This document shows, one piece after another, positions 10,000 through 21,700 of a stretch of DNA of 64,000 bases. Position numbers and translations under genes: made by a program. The notes beneath the pieces were generated by a model. That model saw only the letters and a list, made by a program, of their open reading frames with translations. It was not told the DNA's origin and made no database searches. Origin of the DNA: Antedon mediterranea (taxonomy: Eukaryota; Animalia; Echinodermata); NCBI RefSeq assembly GCF_964355755.1, contig NC_092678.1, positions 10,228,352 through 10,292,351 on the forward strand, written 5' to 3'. Every line of letters starts with the position of its first letter. The stretch's first letter is position 1.

Positions 10000-12190
10000 C
10001 GATTTGAAGGTATTCTGAGCAATTTGGTGTTTTTGTGTGAAAAGTTTTAACGAAATGCTCAAAATTGTCTAAAACGGTTTCTAATGTGATTTTAAGCACT
10101 TTGATGTTTTTGTAAAACCAAGTTTCATCGAAATGCACAAAATGGTCTAAAACGTCTCCAAATGCGATTTGAAGCTATTCTGTACACTTTGATGTTTTGT
10201 GTGAAAAAAGTTTTGTCGAAATGCTCAAAATGGTCTAAAACGTTTTTAAAACGATATTAAGCTATTTTGTGCTCTTTGATGTTTTTGTGTAACCAAGTTT
10301 TATCGAAATGAACAAAATGGTCTAAAACGTCTCCAAATGCGATTTGAAGCTTTTCCAAGCACTTTGCTGTTTTTATGTTAACAGGTTTTTTCGAAAATCA
10401 CAAAATGGTCTAAAACGTCTCAAAATGCGATTTGAAGGTATTCTGAGCACTTTGGTGTTTTTGTGTGAAAAGTTTTAACGAAATGCTCAAAATTGTCTAA
10501 AACGGTTTCTAATGTGATTTTAAGCACTTTGATGTTTTTGTAAAACCAAGTTTCATCGAAATGCACAAAATGGTCTAAAATGTCTCCAAATGCGATTTGA
10601 AGCTTTTCCAAGCACTTTGCTGTTTTTATGTTAACAAGCTTTTTCGAAAATCACAAAATGGTCTAAAACGTCTCCAAATGTGATTTGAAGATATTCTGAG
10701 CACTTTGGTATTTTTATGTTAAAAAGTTTTTTCGAAAATCACAAAATGGTCTAAAACGTCTCCAAATGCGATTTGAAGATATTCTGAGCACTTTGGTGTT
10801 TTTATGTTAAAAAGTTTTTTCGAAAATCACAAAATGGTCTAAAACGTCTCCAAATGCGATTTGAAGCTATTCTGTACACTTTGATGTTTTGTGTGAAAAA
10901 GTTTTGTCGAAATGCTCAAAATGGTTTAAAACGTTTTTAAAACGATATTAAGCTATTTTGTGCTCTTTGATGTTTTTGTATAACCAAGTTTCATCGAAAT
11001 GCACAAAATGGTCTAAAACGTCTCCAAATACGATTTGAAGCTTTTCCAAGCACTTTGCTGTTTTTATGTTAACAAGTTTTTTCGAAAATCACAAAATTGT
11101 CTAAAACGTCTCAAAATGCGATTTGAAGGTATTCTGAGCACTTTGGTGTTTTTGTGTGAAAAGTTTTAACGAAAAGCTCAAAATGGTCTAAAACGGTTCT
11201 AATGTGATTTTAAGCACTTTGATGTTTTTGTACAACCAAGTTTCATCGAAATGCTCAAAATGGTCTAAAACGTTTTTAAAACGATATTAAGCTATTTTGT
11301 GCTCTTTGATGTTTTTGTGTAACCAAGTTTTTTTCGAAAATCACAAAATGGTCTAAAACGTCTCCAAATGCGATTTGAAGCTTTTCTAAGCACTTTGGTG
11401 TTTTTATGTTAACAAGTTTTTTCGAAAATCGCAAAATGGTCTAAAACGTCTCAAAATGCGATTTGAAGGTATTCTGAGCACTTTGGTGTTTTTGTGTGAA
11501 AAGTTTTAACGAAATGCTCAAAATGGTCTAAAACGGTTTCTAATGTGATTTTAACCACTTTGATGTTTTTGTGTAACCAAGTTCTTTTCGAAAATCACAA
11601 AATGGTCTAAAACGTCTCCAAATGCGATTTGAAGCTTTTCTAAGCACTTTGGTGTTTTTATGTTAACAAGTTTTTTCGAAAATCACAAAATGGTCTAAAA
11701 CGTCTCAAAATGCGATTTGAAGGTATTCTGAGCACTTTGGTGTTTTTGTGTGAAAAGTTTTAACGAAATGCTCAAAATGGTCTAAAACGGTTTCTAATGT
11801 GATTTTAACCACTTTGATGTTTTTGTGTAACCAAGTTTTTTCGAAAATCACAAAATGGTCTAAAACGTCTCCAAATGCGATTTGAAGCTTTTCTAAGCAC
11901 TTTGGTGTTTTTATGTTAACAAGTTTTTTCGAAAATCACAAAATGGTCTAAAACGTCTCCAAATGCGATTTGAAGCTATTCTGTACACTTTGATGTTTTG
12001 TGTGAAAAAAGTTTTGTCGAAATGCTCAAAATGGTCTAAAACGTTTTTAAAACGATATTAAGCTATTTTGTGCTCTTTGATGTTTTTGTGTAACCAAGTT
12101 TTATCGAAATGAACAAAATGTTCTAAAACGTCTCCAAATGCGATTTGAAGCTTTTCCAAGCACTTTGCTGTTTTTATGTTAAGTTTTTTC
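10000..12190 (+). repeat. ~2.2-kb duplicate of ~3580-5770 (offset 6418)
   Basis: GAGCAATTTGG at 3601/10019; ORFs 4002/10420 and 5761/12179; shared TTAACAGG, GGTATTTTT, AAATACGATTT, AATGTTCT markers. Confidence 0.85.
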
Positions 12191-14490
12191 AAAAATCACA
12201 AAATGGTCTAAAACGTCTCTAAATGCGATTTGAAGGTATTCTGAGCACTTTGGTGTTTTTGTGTGAAAAGTTTTAACGAAATGCTCAAAATTGTCTAAAA
12301 CGGTTTCTAATGTGATTTTAAGCACTTTGATGTTTTTGTAAAACCAAGTTTCATCGAAATGCACAAAATGGTCTAAAACGTCTCCAAATGCGATTTGAAG
12401 CTTTTCCAAGCACTTTGCTGTTTTTATGTTAACAAGCTTTTTCGAAAATCACAAAATGGTCTAAAACGTCTCCAAATGCGATTTGAAGATATTCTGAGCA
12501 CTTTGGTGTTTTTATGTTAAAAAGTTTTTTCGAAAATCACAAAATGGTCTAAAACGTCTCCAAATGCGATTTGAAGCTCTTCTGTACACTTTGATGTTTT
12601 GTGTGAAAAAGTTTTGTCAAAATGCTCAAAATGGTCTAAAACGTTTTTAAAACGATATTAAGCTATTTTGTGCTCTTTGATGTTTTTGTATAACCAAGTT
12701 TTTTCGAAAATCACAAAATTGTCTAAAACGTCTCCAAATGCGATTTGAAGATATTCTGAGCACTTTGGTGTTTTTATGTTAAAAAGTTTTTTCGAAAATC
12801 ACAAAATGGTCTAAAACGTCTCCAAATGCGATTTGAAGATATTCTGAGCACTTTGGTGTTTTTATGTTAAAAAGTTTTTTCGAAAATCACAAAATGGTCT
12901 AAAACGTCTCCAAATGCGATTTGAAGCTATTCTGTACACTTTGATGTTTTGTGTGAAAAAGTTTTGTCGAAATGCTCAAAATGGTTTAAAACGTTTTTAA
13001 AACGATATTAAGCTATTTTGTGCTCTTTGATGTTTTTGTGTAACCAAGTTTTTTTCGAAAATCACAAAATGGTCTAAAACGTCTCCAAATGCGATTTGAA
13101 GCTTTTCTAAGCACTTTGGTGTTTTTATGTTAACAAGTTTTTTCGAAAATCGCAAAATGGTCTAAAACGTCTCAAAATGCGATTTGAAGGTATTCTGAGC
13201 ACTTTGGTGTTTTTGTGTGAAAAGTTTTAACGAAATGCTCAAAATGGTCTAAAACGGTTTCTAATGTGATTTTAACCACTTTGATGTTTTTGTGTAACCA
13301 AGTTCTTTTCGAAAATCACAAAATGGTCTAAAACGTCTCCAAATGCGATTTGAAGCTTTTCTAAGCACTTTGGTGTTTTTATGTTAACAAGTTTTTTCGA
13401 AAATCACAAAATGGTCTAAAACGTCTCAAAATGCGATTTGAAGGTATTCTGAGCACTTTGGTGTTTTTGTGTGAAAAGTTTTAACGAAATGCTCAAAATG
13501 GTCTAAAACGGTTTCTAATGTGATTTTAACCACTTTGATGTTTTTGTGTAACCAAGTTTTATCGAAATGAACAAAATGTTCTAAAACGTCTCCAAATGCG
13601 ATTTGAAGCTTTTCCAAGCACTTTGCTGTTTTTATGTTAAGTTTTTTCGAAAATCACAAAATGGTCTAAAACGTCTCTAAATGCGATTTGAAGGTATTCT
13701 GAGCACTTTGGTGTTTTTGTGTGAAAAGTTTTAACGAAATGCTCAAAATTGTCTAAAACGGTTTCTAATGTGATTTTAAGCACTTTGATGTTTTTGTAAA
13801 ACCAAGTTTCATCGAAATGCACAAAATGGTCTAAAACGTCTCCAAATGCGATTTGAAGCTTTTCCAAGCACTTTGCTGTTTTTATGTTAACAAGCTTTTT
13901 CGAAAATCACAAAATGGTCTAAAACGTCTCCAAATGCGATTTGAAGATATTCTGAGCACTTTGGTGTTTTTATGTTAAAAAGTTTTTTCGAAAATCACAA
14001 AATGGTCTAAAACGTCTCCAAATGCGATTTGAAGCTCTTCTGTACACTTTGATGTTTTGTGTGAAAAAGTTTTGTCAAAATGCTCAAAATGGTCTAAAAC
14101 GTTTTTAAAACGATATTAAGCTATTTTGTGCTCTTTGATGTTTTTGTATAACCAAGTTTTTTCGAAAATCACAAAATTGTCTAAAACGTCTCCAAATGCG
14201 ATTTGAAGATATTCTGAGCACTTTGGTGTTTTTATGTTAAAAAGTTTTTTCGAAAATCACAAAATGGTCTAAAACGTCTCCAAATGCGATTTGAAGATAT
14301 TCTGAGCACTTTGGTGTTTTTATGTTAAAAAGTTTTTTCGAAAATCACAAAATGGTCTAAAACGTCTCCAAATGCGATTTGAAGCTATTCTGTACACTTT
14401 GATGTTTTGTGTGAAAAAGTTTTGTCGAAATGCTCAAAATGGTTTAAAACGTTTTTAAAACGATATTAAGCTATTTTGTGCTCTTTGATG
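12090..14490 (+). repeat. Local duplication with 1458-bp offset (~12090-13030 vs ~13550-14490)
   Basis: AAATGTTCTAAAA at 12121/13579; identical 76-aa ORFs at 12179/13637. Confidence 0.8.
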
Positions 14491-17400
14491 TTTTTGTATA
14501 ACCAAGTTTCATCGAAATGCACAAAATGGTCTAAAACGTCTCCAAATACGATTTGAAGCTTTTCCAAGCACTTTGCTGTTTTTATGTTAACAAGTTTTTT
14601 CGAAAATCACAAAATTGTCTAAAACGTCTCAAAATGCGATTTGAAGGTATTCTGAGCACTTTGGTGTTTTTGTGTGAAAAGTTTTAACGAAAAGCTCAAA
14701 ATGGTCTAAAACGGTTCTAATGTGATTTTAAGCACTTTGATGTTTTTGTACAACCAAGTTTCATCGAAATGCTCAAAATGGTCTAAAACGTTTTTAAAAC
14801 GATATTAAGCTATTTTGTGCTCTTTGATGTTTTTGTGTAACCAAGTTTTTTTCGAAAATCACAAAATGGTCTAAAACGTCTCCAAATGCGATTTGAAGCT
14901 TTTCTAAGCACTTTGGTGTTTTTATGTTAACAAGTTTTTTCGAAAATCGCAAAATGGTCTAAAACGTCTCAAAATGCGATTTGAAGGTATTCTGAGCACT
15001 TTGGTGTTTTTGTGTGAAAAGTTTTAACGAAATGCTCAAAATGGTCTAAAACGGTTTCTAATGTGATTTTAACCACTTTGATGTTTTTGTGTAACCAAGT
15101 TCTTTTCGAAAATCACAAAATGGTCTAAAACGTCTCCAAATGCGATTTGAAGCTTTTCTAAGCACTTTGGTGTTTTTATGTTAACAAGTTTTTTCGAAAA
15201 TCACAAAATGGTCTAAAACGTCTCAAAATGCGATTTGAAGGTATTCTGAGCACTTTGGTGTTTTTGTGTGAAAAGTTTTAACGAAATGCTCAAAATGGTC
15301 TAAAACGGTTTCTAATGTGATTTTAACCACTTTGATGTTTTTGTGTAACCAAGTTTTTTCGAAAATCACAAAATGGTCTAAAACGTCTCCAAATGCGATT
15401 TGAAGCTTTTCCAAGCACTTTGCTGTTTTTATGTTAACAAGTTTTTTCGAAAATCACAGAATGGTCTAAAACGTCTCCAAATGCGATTTCAAGGTATTCT
15501 GAGCACTTTGGTGTTTTTGTGTGAAAGGTTTTAACGAAATGCTCAAAATGGTCTAAAACGGTTTCTAATGTGATTTTAAGCACTTTGATGTTTTTGTATA
15601 ACCAAGTTTCATCGAAATGCACAAAATGGTCTAAAACGTCTCCAAATGCGATTTGAAGCTTTTCTAAGCACTTTGCTGTTTTTATGTTAAAAAGTTTTTT
15701 CGAAAATCACAAAATGGTCTAAAACGTCTCCAAATGCGATTTGAAGATATTCTGAGCACTTTGGTGTTTTTATGTTAAAAAGTTTTTTCGAAAATCACAA
15801 AATGGTCTAAAACGTCTCCAAATGCGATTTGAAGATATTCTGAGCACTTTGGTGTTTTTATGTTAAAAAGTTTTTTCGAAAATCACAAAATGGTCTAAAA
15901 CGTCTCCAAATGCGATTTGAAGCTATTCTGTACACTTTGATGTTTTGTGTGAAAAAGTTTTGTCGAAATGCTCAAAATGGTCTAAAACGTTTTTAAAACG
16001 ATATTAAGCTATTTTGTGCTCTTTGATGTTTTTGTGTAACCAAGTTTTATCGAAATGAACAAAATGGTCTAAAACGTCTCCAAATGCGATTTGAAGCTTT
16101 TCTAAGCACTTTGCTGTTTTTATGTTAACAAGTTTTTTCGAAAATCACAAAATGGTCTAAAACGTCTCCAAATGCGATTTGAAGATATTCTGAGCACTTT
16201 GGTGTTTTTATGTTAAAAAGTTTTTTCGAAAATCACAAAATGGTCTAAAACGTCTCCAAATGCGATTTGAAGCTATTCTATACACTTTGATGTTTTGTGT
16301 TAAAAAGTTTTGTCGAAATGCTCAAAATGGTTTAAAACGTTTTTAAAACGATATTAAGCTATTTTGTGCTCTTTGATGTTTTTGTGTAACCAAGTTTCAT
16401 CGAAATGCGATTTGAAGCTTTTCCAAGCACTTTGCTGTTTTTATGTTAACAAGCTTTTTCGAAAATCACAAAATGGTCTAAAACGTCTCCAAATGCGATT
16501 TGAAGATATTCTGAGCACTTTGGTGTTTTTATGTTAAAAAGTTTTTTCGAAAATCACAAAATGGTCTAAAACGTCTCCAAATGCGATTTGAAGATATTCT
16601 AAGCACTTTGGTGTTTTTATGTTAACAAGTTTTTTCGAAAATCACAAAATGGTCTAAAACGTCTCCAAATGCGATTTGAAGATATTCTGAGCACTTTGGT
16701 GTTTTTCTGTTAAAAAGTATTTTCGAAAATCACAAAATGGTCTAAAACGTCTCCAAATGCAATTTGAAGCTATTCTGTACACTTTGATGTTTTGTGTGAA
16801 AAAGTTTTGTCGAAATGCTCAAAATGGTCTAAAACGTTTTTAAAACGATATTAAGCTATTTTGTGCTCTTTGATGTTTTTGTGTAACCAAGTTTCATCGA
16901 TATGAACAAAATGGTCTAAAACGTCTCAAAATGCGATTTGAAGGTATTCTGAGCACTTTGGTGTTTTTGGGTGAAAAGTTTTAACGAAATGCTCAAAATG
17001 GTCTAAAACGGTTTCTAATGTGATTTTAAGCACTTTGAAGTATTTGTAAAAACAAGTTTCATCGAAATACACAAAATAGTCTAAAACGTCTCCAAATGCG
17101 ATTTGAAGCTTTTCTAAGCACTTTGGTGTTTTTATGTTAATAAGTTTTTTCGAAAATCACAAAATGGTCTAAAACGTCTCCAAATGCGATTTGAAGATAT
17201 TCTGAGCACTTTGGTGTTTTTATGTTAAAAAGTATTTTCGAAAATCACAAAATGGTCTAAAACGTCTCCAAATGCGATTTGAAGCTCTTCTGTACACTTT
17301 GATGTTTTGTGTGAAAAAGTTTAGTCGAAATGCTCAAAATGGTCTAAAACGTTTTTAAAACGATATTAAGCTATTTTGTGCTCTTTGATGTTTTTGTGTA

Positions 17401-18789
17401 ACCAAGTTTCATCGAAAATCACAAAATGGTCTAAAACGTCTCCAAATGCGATTTGAAGCTTTTCCAAGCACTTTGCTGTTTTTATGTTAACAAGTTTTTT
17501 CGAAAATCACAAAATGGTCTAAAACGTCTCAAAATACGATAATAAGCTGTTTTGTGCACTTTGATGATTTGTGTGAAAAGTTTTAACGAAATGCTCAAAA
17601 TGGTCTAAAACGGTTTCTAATGTGATTTTAAGCACTTTGATGTTTTTATGTAGCCAAGTTTTTTCGAAAATCACAAAATGGTCAAAAACGTCTCCAAATG
17701 CGATTTGAAGCTTTTCTAAGCACTTTGGTGTTTTTATGTTAACAAGTTTTTTGGAAAATCACAAAATGGTCTAAAACGTCTCCAAATGCAATTTGAAGCT
17801 ATTCTGTACACTTTGATGTTTTGTGTGAAAAAGTTTTGTCAAAATGCTCAAAATGGTCTAAAACGTTTTTAAAACGATATTAAGCTATTTTGTGCTCTTT
17901 GATGTTTTTGTATAACCAAGTTTTTTCGAAAATCACAAAATGGTCTAAAACGTCTCCAAATGCGATTTGAAGCTTTTCTAAACACTTTGGTGTTTTTATG
18001 TTAACAAGTTTTTTCGAAAATCACAAAATGGTCTAAAACGTCTCCAAATCCGATTTGAAGCTATTCTGTACACTTTGATGTTTTGTGTGAAAAAGTTTTG
18101 TCGAAATGCTCAAAATGGTCTAAAACGTTTTTAAAACGATATTAAGCTATTTTGTGCTCTTTGATGTTTTTGTGTAACCAAGTTTCATCGATATGAACAA
18201 AATGGTCTAAAACGTCTCAAAATGCGATTTGAAGGTATTCTGAGCACTTTGGTGTTTTTGGGTGAAAAGTTTTAACGAAATGCTCAAAATGGTCTAAAAC
18301 GGTTTCTAATGTGATTTTAAGCACTTTGAAGTATTTGTAAAAACAAGTTTCATCGAAATGCACAAAATAGTCTAAAACGTCTTCAAATGCGATTTGAAGC
18401 TTTTCTAAGCACTTTGGTGTTTTTATGTTAACAAGTTTTTTCGAAAATCACAAAATGGTCTAAAACGTCTCCAAATGCGATTTGAAGATATTCTGAGCAC
18501 TTTGGTGTTTTTATGTTAAAAAGTATTTTCGAAAATCACAAAATGGTCTAAAACGTCTCCAAATGCGATTTGAAGCTCTTCTGTACACTTTGATGTTTTG
18601 TGTGAAAAAGTTTAGTCGAAATGCTCAAAATGGTCTATAACGTTTTTAAAACGATATTAAGCTATTTTGTGCTCTTTGATGTTTTTGTGTAACCAAGTTT
18701 CATCGAAAATCACAAAATGGTCTAAAACGTCTCCAAATGCGATTTGAAGATATTCTGAGCACTTTGGTGTTTTTATGTTAACAAGTTTT

Positions 18790-21700
18790 TTCGAAAATCA
18801 CAAAATGGTCTAAAACGTCTCCAAATGCGATTTGAAGATATTCTGAGCACTTTGGTGTTTTTATGTTAAAAAGTTTTTTCGAAAATCACAAAATGGTCTA
18901 AAACGTCTCCAAATGCGATTTGAAGCTTTTCTATACACTTTGATGTTTTGTGTTAAAAAGTTTTGTCGAAATGCTCAAAATGGTTTAAAACGTTTTTAAA
19001 ACGATATTAAGCTATTTTGTGCTCTTTGATGTTTTTGTGTAACCAAGTTTCATCGAAATGAACAAAATGGTCTAAAACGTCTCCAAATGCGATTTGAAGC
19101 TTTTCCAAGCACTTTGCTGTTTTTATGTTAACAAGTTTTTTCGAAAATCACAAAATTGTCTAAAACGTCTCAAAATGCGATTTGAAGGTATTCTGAGCAC
19201 TTTGGTGTTTTTGTGTGAAAAGTTTTAACGAAAAGCTCAAAATGGTCTAAAACGGTTCTAATGTGATTTTAAGCACTTTGATGTTTTTGTACAACCAAGT
19301 TTCATCGAAATGCTCAAAATGGTCTAAAACGTTTTTAAAACGATATTAAGCTATTTTGTGCTCTTTGATGTTTTTGTGTAACCAAGTTTTTTCGAAAATC
19401 ACAAAATGGTCTAAAACGTCTCCAAATGCGATTTGAAGCTTTTCTAAGCACTTTGGTGTTTTTATGTTAACAAGTTTTTTCGAAAATCACAAAATGGTCT
19501 AAAACGTCTCAAAATGCGATTTGAAGGTATTCTGAGCACTTTGGTGTTTTTGTGTGAAAAGTTTTAACGAAATGCTCAAAATGGTCTAAAACGGTTTCTA
19601 ATGTGATTTTAACCACTTTGATGTTTTTGTGTAACCAAGTTCTTTTCGAAAATCACAAAATGGTCTAAAACGTCTCCAAATGCGATTTGAAGCTTTTCTA
19701 AGCACTTTGGTGTTTTTATGTTAACAAGTTTTTTCGAAAATCACAAAATGGTCTAAAACGTCTCAAAATGCGATTTGAAGGTATTCTGAGCACTTTGGTG
19801 TTTTTGTGTGAAAAGTTTTAACGAAATGCTCAAAATGGTCTAAAACGGTTTCTAATGTGATTTTAACCACTTTGATGTTTTTGTGTAACCAAGTTTTTTC
19901 GAAAATCACAAAATGGTCTAAAACGTCTCCAAATGCGATTTGAAGCTTTTCTAAGCACTTTGGTGTTTTTATGTTAACAAGTTTTTTCGAAAATCACAAA
20001 ATGGTCTAAAACGTCTCCAAATGCGATTTGAAGCTATTCTGTACACTTTGATGTTTTGTGTGAAAAGTTTTAACGAAATGCTCAAAATTGTCTAAAACGG
20101 TTTCTAATGTGATTTTAAGCACTTTGATGTTTTTGTAAAACCAAGTTTCATCGAAATGCACAAAATGGTCTAAAACGTCTCCAAATGCGATTTGAAGCTT
20201 TTCCAAGCACTTTGGTGTTTTTATGTTAACAAGGTTTTTCGAAAATCACAAAATGGTCTAAAACGTCTCCAAATGCGATTTGAAGCTTTTCCAAGCACTT
20301 TGCTGTTTTTATGTTAACAAGTTTTTTCGAAAATCACAAAATGGTCTAAAACGTCTCAAAATACGATATTAAGCTGTTTTGTGCACTTTGATGATTTGTG
20401 TGAAAAGTTTTAACGAAATGCTCAAAATGGTCTAAAACGGTTTCTAATGTGATTTTAAGCACTTTGATGTTTTTATGTAGCCAAGTTTTTTCGAAAATCA
20501 CAAAATGGTCAAAAACGTCTCCAAATGCGATTTGAAGCTTTTCTAAGCACTTTGGTTTTTTTATGTTAACAAGTTTTTTCGAAAATCACAAAATGGTCTA
20601 AAACGTCTTCAAATGCGATTTGAAGATATTCTGAGCACTTTGGTGTTTTTCTGTTAAAAAGTATTTTCGAAAATCACAAAATGGCCTAAAACGTCTCCAA
20701 ATGCGATTTGAAGCTATTCTGTACACTTTGATGTTTTGTGTGAAAAAGTTTTGTCAAAATGCTCAAAATGGTCTAAAACGTTTTTAAAACGATATTAAGC
20801 TATTTTGTGCTCTTTGATGTGTTTGTATAACCAAGTTTTTTCGAAAATCACAAAATGGTCTAAAACGTCTCCAAATGCGATTTGAAGCTTTTCCAAGCAC
20901 TTTGCTGTTTTTATGTTAACAATTTTTTTCGAAAATCATAAAATGGTCTAAAACGTCTCCAAATGCGATTTGAAGCTATTCTGTACACTTTGATGTTTTG
21001 TGTGAAAAGTTTTGTCGAAATGCTCAAAATGGTCTAAAACGTTTTTAAAACGATATTAAGCTATTTTGTGCTCTTTGATGTTTTTGTGTAACCAAGTTTC
21101 ATCGAAATGAGCAAAATGGTCTAAAACGTCTCCAAATGCGATTTGAAGCTTTTCTAAGCACTTTGGTGTTTTTATGTTAACAAGTTTTTTCGAAAATCAC
21201 AAAATGGTCTAAAACGTCTCCAAATGCGATTTGAAGATATTCTGAGCACTTTGCTGTTTTTATGTTAACAAGTTTTTTCGAAAATCACAAAATGGTCTAA
21301 AACGTCTCAAAATGCTATTTGAAGGTATTCTGAGCACTTTGGTGTTTTTGTGTGAAAAGTTTTAACGAAATGCTCAAAATGGTCTAAAACGGTTCTAATG
21401 TGATTTTAAGCACTTTGATGTTTTTGTATAACCAAGTTTCATCGAAATGCTCAAAATGGTCTAAAACGTTTTTAAAACGATATTAAGCTATTTTGTGCTC
21501 TTTGATGTTTTTGTGTAACGAAGTTTCATCGAAATGAACAAAATGGTCTAAAACGTCTCCAAATGCGATTTGAAGCTTTTCCAAGCACTTTGCTGTTTTT
21601 ATGTTAACAAGTTTTTTCGAAAATCACAAAATGGCCTAAAACGTCTCAAAATGCGATTTCAAGGTATTCTGAGCACTTTGGTGTTTTTGTGTGAAAGGTT

